Positions 1 to 12,442 are shown, counted from the stretch's first letter. The stretch is 64,000 nt of DNA from Chara braunii (GCA_003427395.1 BFEA01000004.1:2927605-2991604); one strand, 5' to 3'. Notes: a model not told the origin generated them from the sequence alone. Numbers and translations are program-made.

Positions 1-800
1 ACCCAGTATGAAAATGGAAGCACGAAAGATACACCAGATGCAAACCGACTCCGTTACGCATACAAATAGAATTCAAGAAAAAACACTCGCAAATCGGATC
101 ATACAACTCTTCCCCGCGGCCAACCCTCGATGCGTTTCGTCTATCCCACATATAGACTCATCAAGAGGACGATCCAAGAATGCTTTGAAAGCACTTGAGG
201 CCATACCAAAGCCTTGCCTCAATTTATACTCGCTCTACTCCTACTCGCCAAGTAACAACTCCAGAAAGAAACACAAACATCCCAGATCCCTTATCGAACA
301 CTAAGTGATACGCGATTCGAAGCGCCGAGATCGCCATTCTGGGAGGGATAGATGCCCCAAAAACCGTCAGCGAACGAAGCGGGTAGTACATCGCAGTGCT
401 TATCCTCTCGGTGGTGGTGGCAGTCGAAGTACACCTGCAAAAAAGCCAACACAGAAAGAACGAACGCACAGATAATACACACACGAAGATAAGCAAAACC
501 TTGGTATCGAATCCGTGCTCGTGCTTCACTCTGCGATCGAATGACCTCACGTTTCGCGATGCCAACTCCAGATTGAATAGGTTTGCCCCACCAAACTACC
601 ATGCCAAGCTGTACGTGGCATCAAAGCAACCGCAGAGCAGCTGCCATCGAGGTGAAGCCGCAGGCGGCGGCACAGCGCACGCACCAACCGTCCGTGCACG
701 TTCTCAGCAAAATGAGAGGCGAAGCAACTCGTACTGGTTCTACATATACTGAATGCCAAGTTCATACGCACCTGTCCCAAAACCTGTCATAGCAATGCGC
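1..800 (-). mobile_element. Probable terminal-repeat region of a Penelope-like element running off the left edge
   Basis: Carries the hammerhead motif at 125-168. No coding domain is visible and the boundaries are approximate. Confidence 0.35.
125..168 (-). ncRNA. Minimal type I hammerhead ribozyme motif (slightly degenerate), Penelope-like-element type
   Basis: Minus strand reads cctc-TTGATGA-gtctat-atgtggg-atagac-GAAAC-gc-ATC-gagg. Stem I is cctc/gagg, stem II is gtctat/atagac, and the core differs from CUGAUGA/GUC at two positions. Confidence 0.75.
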
Positions 801-1375
801 CCCACCAACCGTCTCGAACGACACAGGTCCCTAGGTTCGGGTACTACAAGGTACGGTGGTAGTCGGCCATAGGTGTACCCTCCAGCTAATGAGAAACCTC
901 CGCAATGTATATTGCCCGAGAACTGATGTGAATACTAGGCGGAAAAACCAAAAATTCAAAATTGAAAGTAGCAAATTGGACAACAAATAGGCCGACTGAT
1001 ACCCATTACCTTTGACACCCAGAAAATTGGCCCGCCGATATCCGATACCCTTGGCACGTAGAAAATGTCAAAAAAAACAAAACAAAACCTCTACGTCTCA
1101 GCAAAACTAGGCATCTTCACCCTCCTATAGTAGCCACAAAGGCCATACAGCTTGCTTGGCAAAGCTGCCAAGCCCCAGAAACTCTCCGAGCGCGAACATA
1201 AAAATATTAAAAAAAAACAAACAAAAAAAGTTCTCCAAGAAATCTGAAACAAATATATGTTATGTAAAATAACAATACAAACAATATTTGCCTTGGAGGT
1301 ATTGTCAAATTCGTAACCAGACTTGAGTTAAAAATCAAAAACCAAAAACAAAGCTTTTTTTTTTTTTTTTTTTTA

Positions 1376-1470
1376 ATATGTTCGGTCGAACACGCTCGGT
1401 TGGTGTTCGGCCGAACACCCGAACATGTTCGGGCGTTCGAAAAAAGCTCCCAACATGTTCGGTGTGCTAT
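1376..1470. repeat. Cluster of TGTTCG/CGAACA inverted motifs, like the subterminal repeats of a DNA transposon or MITE end
   Basis: Repeated tgttcgg/ccgaaca units in both orientations, e.g. gaacatgttc. Confidence 0.4.
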
Positions 1471-1636
1471 ACAGATATGGAGTTAGAGTCGACCTAAAAA
1501 TTTTGCAAAGGTAATTGCATTTTTTTCCTTCTTCTTCTTCTGTGTTTTTTTTTTTTCTTTTTTTTCTTTTTTCTTATTATGATCATATTATTCTTCTGGC
1601 AATTCGATGGCTGTGGTTAGACACACACACACACAC

Positions 1637-1681
<45 letters not shown>

Positions 1682-2545
1682 NNNNNNNNNNNNNNNNNNN
1701 NNNNNNNNNNNNNNNNNNNNNNNNNNNNNNNNNNNNNNNNNNNNNNNNNNNNNNNNNNNNNNNNNNNNNNNNNNNNNNNNNNNNNNNNNNNNNNNNNNNN
1801 NNNNNNNNNNNNNNNNNNNNNNNNNNNNNNNNNNNNNNNNNNNNNNNNNNNNNNNNNNNNNNNNNNNNNNNNNNNNNNNNNNNNNNNNNNNNNNNNNNNN
1901 NNNNNNNNNNNNNNNNNNNNNNNNNNNNNNNNNNNNNNNNNNNNNNNNNNNNNNNNNNNNNNNNNNNNNNNNNNNNNNNNNNNNNNNNNNNNNNNNNNNN
2001 NNNNNNNNNNNNNNNNNNNNNNNNNNNNNNNNNNNNNNNNNNNNNNNNNNNNNNNNNNNNNNNNNNNNNNNNNNNNNNNNNNNNNNNNNNNNNNNNNNNN
2101 NNNNNNNNNNNNNNNNNNNNNNNNNNNNNNNNNNNNNNNNNNNNNNNNNNNNNNNNNNNNNNNNNNNNNNNNNNNNNNNNNNNNNNNNNNNNNNNNNNNN
2201 NNNNNNNNNNNNNNNNNNNNNNNNNNNNNNNNNNNNNNNNNNNNNNNNNNNNNNNNNNNNNNNNNNNNNNNNNNNNNNNNNNNNNNNNNNNNNNNNNNNN
2301 NNNNNNNNNNNNNNNNNNNNNNNNNNNNNNNNNNNNNNNNNNNNNNNNNNNNNNNNNNNNNNNNNNNNNNNNNNNNNNNNNNNNNNNNNNNNNNNNNNNN
2401 NNNNNNNNNNNNNNNNNNNNNNNNNNNNNNNNNNNNNNNNNNNNNNNNNNNNNNNNNNNNNNNNNNNNNNNNNNNNNNNNNNNNNNNNNNNNNNNNNNNN
2501 NNNNNNNNNNNNNNNNNNNNNNNNNNNNNNNNNNNNNNNNNNNNN
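1682..2545. other. Assembly gap (others at 14742-14795, 32810-33011, 37657-37977, 47730-48083)
   Basis: Runs of N, mostly abutting microsatellites or homopolymers. Confidence 1.
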
Positions 2546-2591
2546 AGAGAGAAAGACACACACAACAAACAAAACAAAATAAAAGAATTGT

Positions 2592-2626
<35 letters not shown>

Positions 2627-2654
2627 CATCTGAAAACGACATTTATGACCCCCG

Positions 2655-3202
2655 CCGAATGTCTGGGTTGAGTTTGATTCTCTTTTGTACCCGAGGTCTC
2701 CGGGACGATTTGAACTTAAAACCTGATAGTACGGAGTGTTTACGTTCCTAGTTTTTTTGGACCACTGGTACGTGGACCCGGTAGGTGGTTTTGTCTGGGA
2801 TTTGCTGGAAGTCCCGTCATTGTGACAGCAAATGTACAGATGATTGCCTACTTTATGTAAGGGTACGGTACGGTTTCGCAGTAGGTAGATTACTTGGGTC
2901 GTATTTTTCCGGAGGTAGTAATACAGAGCGTCTGAGTGTTTACATCCTTTACAGGTCGAACGTACCTCACGACACGCCAGCATCCGAATGTTGGCGCTAA
3001 GCGAAAACGGAAGTGGGTTAGGGGAGACGACGGAGTTGTAAGGGGAAGAAGGCCGGAGGAACCCTCTGATGAGACACCGTGGCTGTATTGACTTTGCAAT
3101 ATTCGAACGCTTATTCGAACGCTTTTACGTTGTCGCATGTTGATTTGATGAGATCGAAATTATGCATGAAGACGGGTTGATGCTTTCATATGCTATGAAC
3201 CT
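2655..3202 (+). repeat. PLE 5' pseudo-LTR
   Basis: Near-identical direct repeat of 7720-8313, with a deletion through the hammerhead motif near 3085. Confidence 0.9.
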
Positions 3203-3326
3203 GGGTATTGCGCGTGTGAACACTTTTGGAGTCGCTTTACCGAAAGGGGTGAACACGTAATCATCATGGGCGACAGGTGCATGAAGAGTTGACCTTTGTC
3301 AGTTACATGTTGGGAGACCATGTCGA

Positions 3327-4498
3327 ATGAACAGAGGGAGAGTGGAGGTGGCCATGGAGGCTACCAGGAGAGAGGACAAAGGAGGCCGCCTGTCACTTGT
3401 TACGCATGCGGCGAGGAATGACATTACTCCACACAGTGTAGAAACCCGAGACCGGGTTGGCGAGGGGCTTATCAGTCAAGACCGTCCAACTCTACCGACT
3501 CCGGGAGAGGGAGATCTTATTCGCCATGCAAGCAGTACCGAGGCTCCACCTCCGAAGATCGAGAAGTACAGTCGCAGCTGAAGGAGATTGGAGACAACGT
3601 GGCTACACTGCGTGAATACATTGAAGCGGAACGTGCGAAAAAAGAAGCGAAAGCTCGGAAGAAAGCTGAAAAGAAGGAAGCGGAGCTACGGGCGAAGGAG
3701 GAGATGGAAGCGAGGGAGTGAAAAGCTAAGAAGAAGGCGGAGAAAGCCCGTGAGAAAGAAGAGAGAATTGCAATGATACGGAAAGACATGGATCTGCATG
3801 TCAAGGTTACACTGAGGCAAGCACTCAGTGAGTCGTGCTCCAAGTTTCGTAATGCTGTTGTTGCCGCCTTGCTCCACAAGAAGTTGAAAGGGAAACAAAA
3901 AGTGAACTACGTATCGGACGATGAGGAATTCTCCGAGTATGAAGAGGTGGGCAGCGATATTGAGGAGATACGCGAACGGGCAAGGAGTCTGACGATTAAC
4001 GAAAAGAGGAAGAGAGGACCTGAACCTATTTTTGAAGATAGCCCGCCTATGGAGATGCCGGCGAAGCGAACACCGAAGCGTACACTGAAGAAAGGTATCC
4101 TCAAGACAGCAAAGCTTTTGCCGAGGGCGACACGCTCGAAGACCAAGGCGAGGGTAAGGCTTTCTCCTGCTACCAAGGAGTGAATCACGTCTGCAGTCAA
4201 ACGAAAGATCCGTGCTACAATAGGCAAGGTTGGCCGATACAAGCACAGGGAAGAGGTGATGAAACTGCTTAAGGACTACGACGCTATTACGTTGAACAAC
4301 ATTTGCATTGACGAAGGTGTTCCGTATAGAGGTAAGATTGATGAGATATTTGACCTTGCTGAGCACAGGACCTACATCGCCTATGGTACAGATGACGACG
4401 ACGACGGACAAGTGGAGGGGAAGCGGGATGATGACGATGTCGGGACTACGGAAGTTGTCGAAGGCAACAAGGGAGATGCCGAGGGAGTTACCGAGTGA
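3327..4498 (+). pseudogene. PLE upstream ORF remnant: CCHC zinc knuckle, charged coiled coil, SAP/HeH-like motif
   Basis: 3398-3439 translates C-YA-C-GEE*-H-YSTQ-C (CX2CX4HX4C with a stop at the Gly). An E/K/R-rich stretch follows, then LKDYDAITLNNICIDEGVPYRGKIDEIFDL, which resembles SAP. Several stops and frameshifts. Confidence 0.6.
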
Positions 4499-4681
4499 TG
4501 TGGTTTCAGTATATCCGAGTATTGGAGGCTGTACCAGATTCTGGTTGATGTACACGGTAATCTTGAGAAGGTTGACCGTAAGCTGGAGGGGTTGTTTCGC
4601 ATGATTGTGGTCCGGTTGTCCATTGCTGGTTGCATTCATTGGAATAGGAAGTGTATCTGTGCTTGGTTAAGTCTTTTTTAG

Positions 4682-7393
4682 CGTTATGGATTTGAGTTCT
4701 TACATTTGAAGAACGTTGTTTATGTTGCAGTATCCCCTTTCTGTCGATCGAAGTATGTCGGTAAAACGTGTCGGGACGTTGATGTACGATAGGGAGAACA
4801 CCTATATGCTAGCAAACACAGAAAACCGACCCATTTTCATCGCTGGATAGGATGTTTTGGCGCTCGGAACTACACTCTGATCCCTGTCGATACTGTCGAA
4901 GGGAAGGAGTTGCTGAATTTGGAACAAGTCTATATCTCGCAGTGGTCACGTGTTCTGAACACAATCGGACCAAAGAAGGGAGTGGGGAAAAAGGGACATA
5001 CGAGAAAGGGAGCAAGGAAACGACGTAAATCGCATTCGCAGGAGTCAAAATCACATAGAACGATGCGCCCTATTAGATTCACGAGTAGGGAGCAGGATGG
5101 TGTATTTGTGAATCTATGTGATTTTTTGTCGAAATGCTCGTCCAAGGGATGTACCAAGTTTGATATATGCTGTGATGGAGGGAACACCTGACACACACCC
5201 AGGAAGAAAATACGTAGAAGGTTTGAAGAAAGTGTCGTCGAGATCGATGGACAGACCCTTCGTTTAAAATGTGCTAAGAGTCATTTCGAGAAAGAGGGTG
5301 TGATTCAGTTCACCCACCTGAGGATTTGGACACCTACATGTAAAGTTCTCAAGCTCGTCTTGATTGGTATTCTGAATAATCCTCGTAAGCTCAGGAATTT
5401 CTACAGTTGGAATATGCGATCAATCTTGCGGTTATATGCTATTATTAAGGATTTCAGCCGAAAATCTACTCGGAAGTACTTACGTAGATTGTTACAGAGA
5501 GTGTTCAAGGATCGGTTCAAGCTAAGCTTGAGCCCCGACCTGATTGTGAGAGTAGTTCGACGACAGAATTAATCTATCTGAGTTAAGGAAAGTCATCAAT
5601 GATATGATAATGGATTGTGATTTACGAGCGTGTTTTAAAGCTCGTGGACGGAAGAAGGTCCGTCTCGTCTGGACAAAAAACCACTCAGTGGGGGCCATCT
5701 TGCATAATCAGCGGCATTACGCTGCCTGTGAAGTGCTTGTCTGCAACTGTGCAGATTTACCTTTCCCAAGTGTGGAAGGTCACGTGTGCGTACGCCTCAG
5801 CGCGTTGTGTGAAGAACTACCGTTGCTCGCTAATGCTAAGAATATTCCTATGCCCGATGTCCGAAATTAAACTATCTCTCTTCATCACGAAATCGTGACG
5901 AGTTTTAGTCATAGTATGAACTACCGCGACCAGCAGGTTAATGTGGATAAGGCTACGCTTGACCGATGTTTTGTGAGTAAGAATGAAGATAGGATGTCCC
6001 ATCTCACACTTACTGAAGTTTTGAAAGTGAAGAGGCAGTTAGACGGATTGGTGAATTTGGTGTGTATTCCTCTTGACCGGAATGCAGGCGAAACTCTGGT
6101 GTTATGCCAAAAGATACATTTCCAAGCAATGATGTCCACTTTCGTGATGAATGAAGGGTACAGTATTGTCTCAAAAACTGAGGAAAATGTGCTAGTGGAG
6201 ATGAGAGCAGAGATGCAGACGATGGGATTGGAGCGAATGGTCAAATGGGACAGGAAGGGAAAGTTGGGGTCTGCTTATTTGTTACCTAAGCAGAAGGACG
6301 TCACCAGGTACAGACCCATTTGCCCGATGTTCAATGAGGCCACTGTGAAGACCGGGAGATTGGTGGTTAAAGCATTGAATTACATGCTCTTCTCTTTACC
6401 TGGAGATTGACATTTTAATCTGCAAAGCGTGTCTTTTTTGGTAGATCGTCTTACAAAGGTCAACCAGAAGATGGTGAGGAGAAGGAGTGGTTACGGTGTG
6501 AGTGCGATGTCTTACGACATCAAGGAGATGTTTAGTCGTTTACCTCACAAGGATATTATGGATGCTGTAGAATGGATCTCCTCGTACCATGTCAGCAAAG
6601 CCAGAGATTTTGTACGAGTGAATACCAGAGGCAAAGGTGGCACATTTGGTCTGACGACAGGTGGTGATCACTGGAGGAAAATCGAGATTTGGGATCTTGT
6701 GAAGTTTGTGCGTGTCGAACTTCGACACACTTACACGTATGCCACAGGAGTTCTGCTGAAACAGGACATTGGCATCCCTATGGGGAAGAACACAAGTCCG
6801 CCCCTGACCTGCATCATGTGCGCACATGCCAAGTACCAATTTTTACGAAGTTTGGGAGTACGCTGAAGGAATGTGTTCGGGATTAGTCTAATTGATGACG
6901 TGGTGCTGATCACATGCGGGATGCAACCGCAGGAGGTTAAGTCAATGCAACAGGAATTTGAGGCCTGCTACCCGAGTAATTTGTGCTTGAAACGGACCGA
7001 TGTTGGTTCTGGATGTTTCGACTTCCTGGGTGCAACATACACACAGACAATATCTACTCGTATGTCAGATGCGTGCAGATGTCAAGGAACGAAGTGAGCA
7101 TGTGGAAGGAATCCGAGGATGAAACATTGGAGGTACAAACTTGTCAATCATTCCAATCCTGGAGATGCAAAAGACAGAAGAGTGCAATTGTAGGTAGTCA
7201 CCTACATCGGATTGACCAGAACACCTCGATCCGCTCTGAGATACCCAACACTGTCAGGGTATTGAGTCTGAAGAGGGAATTCACGTTGAAAGGGTTTCCG
7301 CACAGGTTTTTCCTGAGAGTTCTCAGAAGGTTCACCAGAGGACGTGATGAGATCTGGGAATACACAGCTGCAATGATGTCTCATTTTTCTTGA
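4682..7393 (+). pseudogene. GIY-YIG endonuclease plus Penelope-type reverse transcriptase, disrupted
   Basis: 4712-4960 gives NVVY...KYVGKTCR...R*GEH...LEQVYI...LNT. RT motifs are PLDRN, YLLPKQKD..YRPI, SYDIKEMFSRLPH, QDIGIPMGKNTSP and IDD. Multiple stops and frameshifts. Confidence 0.9.
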
Positions 7394-7719
7394 ATAGAAG
7401 TAGTTGTATCGATGTGATGCATGTACTAGGTACCGTAGTGTTATTATCCTGGTTTGGTTTTTACTCAAAGTGACTAGTATCGGCCTGGGAATGGATATGG
7501 ACTGATATTTGGACAGGGACCCTATCTGCTGTACCTTAATACTCGGATCGACACGACTGGGCTTTGTTTGATTCTCTTTGTTTTTACTCTGAGGTATTCG
7601 GGATGATTTAAACTTAGGACTAGGTAGTTCTGAGTGTTTTGGTTGATACCTGGATCGACATGTCTGGGTTTTGTTTGAATTTGAACAGGGACCGTATCTA
7701 CCGTGCCTCGATACCCGGA

Positions 7720-8313
7720 TCGGCATGTCTCGGTTGAGTTTGATTCTCTTTTGAACCCGAGGTCTTCGGGATGATTTGAACTTAGGACATGATAGTACGG
7801 AGTGTTTACGTTCCAAGTTTTCTTGGACCACTGGTACATGGACCCGGTAGGTGGTTTTGTCTGGGATTTGCTGGAAGGCCCGACATCGTGCCAGCAGCTG
7901 TACATATGACTGCCTGCTTTATGTAAGGGTACGGTACGGTTTCGCAGTAGGTAGATTACTTGGGTCATATTTTTCCGGAGGTATTAATACAGAGCATCCG
8001 AGTGTTTACGTCCTTTACAGGTCGAACGTACCTCAAGGCACGCCAGCATCCGGATGTTGGCGCTAAGTGAGAACGGGAGTGGGTTTGGGGAGACGACAGA
8101 GTTGTAAGGGGAAGAAGGCCAGAGGAAACCCGTGATGAGACACCGTGGCTGGTGTCAAGACGCGGCGTTGGGGACGCCCAACCTGTATTGTGTTGACTTT
8201 GCAATATTCGAACGCTTATTCGAACGCTTTTACGTTGTCGCATGTTGATTTTACGAGATTGAAATTCTGCATGAAGACGGGTTGATGCTTTCATATGCTA
8301 TGAGCCTATGAAC
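7720..8313 (+). repeat. PLE 3' pseudo-LTR
   Basis: Direct repeat of 2655-3202. It ends in short ctatga reiterations before the TSD. Confidence 0.9.
8128..8175 (+). ncRNA. Degenerate hammerhead ribozyme in PLE 3' repeat
   Basis: Reads gTGATGA-gacacc-gtggct-ggtgtc-aagac-gc-ggc. Stem II is intact but the core is mutated. The 5' copy at 3066 retains CTGATGA. Confidence 0.55.
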
Positions 8314-8524
8314 CTATGACCCCCCCCTAATTTCACTTTTTTTTTTTTTTTTTTAGTTGCTTCCGGAGGGGGATGCCATGCGCAGGCGATGCGCGCGCCC
8401 CGTTTTCGAGCGCGCGGCTCCGCCTGCACGTGACGCGGCTGCGAAATTGCTCGGCTGCGCGGCCTAGGCCACGGGGTAGCGGCCGGGCTCCTCCGCCGCG
8501 GACGAGGCCGCAGGTTCCGCGGTC

Positions 8525-9588
8525 GTGAGGGTCACGTAGCGTGGGGTGTCAAACCTAACACCAGTACTTGATGACCATGGAGCACCCATAGCTGTGCCAG
8601 GCTGGGGCTTCCCCCCTGTAAACTGGTGATTGGCATAAGCACAACNATAACAAGGAGCCTGGAGGAAGTATCTCAGGAGAGGTGGTAGGACGACCCACAG
8701 TGTCCTACCCACCTATCATCGCACCCCCAACCTGCTGGCATATACGGTGCTTGCTGCCCCACTGCCCCAGGAGCAGGTATAGCGATGCTACACCAACCCG
8801 AGCATAGGCTGGCCAGGCTGACGGCCGATCGAAATTGAACCCACAAACCTGTTCCTTGTGATGCCGGTGCTCTGACTAACTTGGCCTGTCATCTCTTAAA
8901 AAACGAACACATAGTTCCCTCTACGTAGTACTCCACATATCTGGCCTTTGGGCACACATATCTCGCTGTACAATTACAGAGAGCACACATAGCCTTCGGG
9001 CAGACACAAAAACATGGCCCGATGAAACCCATACAAACATGCATAGCCTCTGGCCACACACATATACACAACTATGATACTGGGCTGGGTTGGTCTATCA
9101 GGTATATGACGGGGTCTACGCATGCATGGCTTAGCTCTAGTGTAGGGTAGGGATATAAGTCGCTCCGGTTAGTCTGAAGTCCGCCTAGCCTTGGGTAAGC
9201 CAGGGGAAGGACCATAGGATGTGTTCGCGGGCGCTGGCCTGTCTTGCTTAGGTACCCCTGCTGGGTAGACTCTCTGAATTGGGCCTGTAGAACATTGCAT
9301 GAGCCTGGCGTCTGAAGTTCCCGTTCGCCTTAGGGCTGGGAGGTTGGCCCAGCCCTGGTGCTTGTCACTGCTGTCTGGTCCAAGTTGCCCTCAATACTGG
9401 TAGGGTGATGGTCCTGAGTGCTGGTCACACTGAGGTAGGATAGTAGGGACAGGGGGTGCGCTGGGAGTGTTAACGTGGGGATGGGTAGGGTAGGTGGCGT
9501 ATCCTGTCAGGACAACCATTGGCTGCCGCTCCAAACAATCACCGCGGGTCTGGTCCAGGGCCTCTACAACACCCTGGCCTTTAAAAAA
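8525..9588. mobile_element. tRNA-headed SINE with inverted 5' part (unit A)
   Basis: The minus strand from 8886 has A/B-box-like ggccaagttagtcagagcac...gggttcaatttc. 8887-9588 matches the 3' body of the SINE at 34111-34830 and ends in an A tract. Confidence 0.65.
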
Positions 9589-9966
9589 CGAGCTACCGCG
9601 TGAAGCCGCTTGTGGCAGATGTTGTGAAACTTTATTCTCCCTATATAAGAAGTACGAAGGATGTTGGGGAGGACAAGGGTCACAAGGGTACATTGTGTCG
9701 CATTTCTGGAAAGGTTACGGCGGCTGTCTAGAAAAGTCGTCGCGCGTGACAAGTACGACCCAAGTTTGGGAGGGCAAAGGGTACATTGTGTCGCACTTCT
9801 GGAAAGGCTAGGGCTGCTGTCTAGAAAAGTCAGCGCGCCACGCCACGCAGGCCACGCCGCGCCGGGCAGTCAAGAGACGTTGGCGTTGACGGGCGTAAGT
9901 CTTGCCAAACTTCGTCCCCGCGGTTTGACCTTCCAGTGGACGTTTTCGGTGATGCGAAGTGCGAAT

Positions 9967-10306
9967 ATGGTGATGACGATGGGAGGGGAAGTAGAGCCCA
10001 GAGGCCGGTCTAGAAGTGGACAAAGTGGGCGATCTCGCGGCCCGAGCTGCAGGAAGCGAGGAATACGTCCTCCCCGGCTCTCTATTTTGCTGGTGATGGG
10101 CGTAGTCGTCGTGTTGGCTCTCGAACAGAGGATGGTGATGGCGCTGCTGACCCCGCGGGAGCTGCTAATGAGTATGCGTATCAACCATCTGCGGGATCAA
10201 GCGGACATAGACGACCTCGACAGAGAGGGTGACCTGGATTGCGCCGCAGATAAGCGGATGGATGCTATTACCTCGGCGGGCGGGGCGTGCGTAGGAGATA
10301 ACAAAG
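9967..10306 (+). CDS. CAP/SCP-superfamily protein, exon 1 (copy A), with hydrophobic signal/anchor segment
   Basis: LSILLVMGVVVVLAL, then RELLMSMRINHLRDQADIDDLDREGDLDCAA, which fits the CAP helix-1 pattern INxxRxxxxxxxLxxxxxLxxAA. Ends at phase-1 donor AAG|gtaatc. The start codon is uncertain (9952, 9967 or 9979). Confidence 0.7.
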
Positions 10307-11157
10307 GTAATCGTAAAAGGGCACATACAAAACCTTCTTCTCACCCTGCTCTCTTATGTGTCCTCTTCTCAAACCTTCGTCACCCCTTGCTCTCGTTCTT
10401 GTCTCCTCCTCTTCTCTCTGTAAGGTTGTAATCGTTTGGTGGTTGTAATCGTTTGGGAAGAGTTCGTCACCCTTGTGAGCCTTGTCTGCTTTACTGATTC
10501 CGTCTGTGTGCTGGCGATTGGATCGAATGTCGAAACTCATTCACCTCTGTATGACCTCTGTCTGCTCTCTGTATGGCATGTCGGGGCTTTCCTTGTATGG
10601 AGAAGAGAGCGGGAACTACGATAGCTCCTGTGACACTCTTCGGGACCACGAAAGAACCTGAGGTTCGGGTGCCACCGTGCCACGGTGCCAGAGCTGAAAC
10701 GGGAGTGCGTCGACCGCTAACATGTGGATAAAGTCGCGTGAATTTCGTATTCATTGGCACTGAGGGCGTCGACGGCGTTCTATGGAGCGGAAGCGTCCAC
10801 TGCACACGCTTTCCAGCAGGGGGCTGTCTGGTACTTATGTGCCAGTTGTGTTGCGGACGTGTGATTCCGAAATTCTCCCTTTTGCTTCTTTTCGTTTTTC
10901 CGGTTCCCCCCGCTTCAGAAGTGTCCTCCTTGGACGTGATCAGTGATTTTTGGTTTTACCTTCCACCTCTCATTCATTGGTTTCCCCGAGGTCTTTGATC
11001 CTTTTGGAGTGGATTAACCTTCCTGGTTGGCCTTCCTGGTTGGCCATTCACTTGTCTCTCTCCCTGAAGGTGGACACCTTGATTCACTTTACCTCCCATA
11101 GGAAATATTTTCCGCTCACTTTACATCTCGCATTCTTTCGGATAGAGTCGGATGTGT

Positions 11158-11188
<31 letters not shown>

Positions 11189-11841
11189 ACGCTGTGAAAA
11201 GACTTTGAACAGCTAAGTGTATGATGGTGTATGTGTGTGTGTGTCACGCTGTGAAAAGACTGTGTGTGTGTGCGTGTGTGTGTCACGCTGTGAAAAGACT
11301 GTGTCTGTGTGTGTGTGTGTGTGTGTCACGCTGTGAAAAGACATTCAACAGTCTTAAGTGTATGATGGTGTGTGTGCGTGTGTGTGTGAATGTACATATA
11401 GCAGTTTAGTGTATGGTGGAGTAACATGAGTTTAATGTTGTCTCCTGAAACTCAGTGGTAATTTTCTAGTTTACTACGCGGTTCAATGCGATTTTCTGAG
11501 AGTTAGTGTATCGTGCAGGTAAATGTTTTCCTTGTTCTTTTGTGTTTTTTTCAAAAATCGAGTGCTGTTAAAATTGTTGACAACATGTGCTGGTGTTTTT
11601 TGTACGTTTTTGTTTGTTAGCTGCTGTTTCTGGTCCTTGTGCCTGGTCGCTTTCTTGGCTTCGTTCCTAACCCTTATTCCCGCTGCTTGTTCCTGCTCCG
11701 TGTGTCTGGTCCTGTTTCCTGGCTCGTTTGTCGTGGTTCTGTTTTCATTCATTCGTCGATCGTTGCACGACCGCGTTGTTGCGAACGGTGGCGACTTTTG
11801 CGCGTGCGGGTGCGTTGGGCGCCCACCCTCGTGGTCATCAG

Positions 11842-12056
11842 CGGCGTTAGCTGCAGCTAACGAGTGCAAATGGTTTGGAGATTACGACTACGCCGTGGAG
11901 CTTGTGTCTTGTGGAGGGGATAATCCTTTTGATGGGTGGGTGAGTAACCCAACCACGCGTGCTGTACTTCTGGACCAAACGTACAAGGACATCGGTGTAG
12001 CCAGGCGTAGCGCGAATGGGGCGACGTACTGGGTTGTCATTCTCGGTACCAGCTAG
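11842..12056 (+). CDS. CAP/SCP-superfamily protein, last exon (copy A)
   Basis: ELVSCGGDNPFDGWVSNPTTRAVLLDQTYKDIGVARRSANGATYWVVILGTS* is a CAP C-terminal pattern. Acceptors at 11841 or 11856 are both in phase with the exon-1 donor. Confidence 0.75.
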
Positions 12057-12403
12057 AAGCTCGGGACGCGGACCAACGAGAGGAGGGACAGGAAAAGGAT
12101 TGGCATGCGCTTGGGCCAGATTAGATTAGGAAGCAAACCACATGCAGCGAAGAAGATAAGCCACGGCCCACACTCTGAGGATGGACAGTTCGAGATTGAC
12201 GAATGGGTGGCCACGATCTACGGAGGAAATTTCTGGGGAATGTATATATCAGTTGTCCCAAATTTCTCTTCTTTTTGGAGGACCGGTTTGACGTACTCCT
12301 CGCCCTATTGTTGTAATCTGGCCTGAGAGGACAGATAGCGATAATTGCCTTTTGTGTCCTTGATTGTTCGACACAATCGACACTGTGTGCGTGTTTTGTG
12401 TTC

Positions 12404-12442
<39 letters not shown>

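Larger units (their letters stand above)
2654..8314 (+). mobile_element. Penelope-like retroelement with N-terminal GIY-YIG endonuclease (Chlamys/Naiad-type domain order), decayed
   Basis: GIY-YIG then PLE-type RT motifs, direct terminal repeats 2655-3202 and 7720-8313, hammerhead-like motif, and 10-bp TSD tatgaccccc (2644-2653, 8315-8324). The empty site is present in unit B near 14845-14860. Confidence 0.9.

Noticed and set aside
1515-2671. Long ORFs in the ORF track spanning N runs or microsatellites (also 13512-14521, 32288-33121, 35552-36471, 37441-38072, 47575-48210)
   Set aside because: Open only because of Ns or simple repeats.
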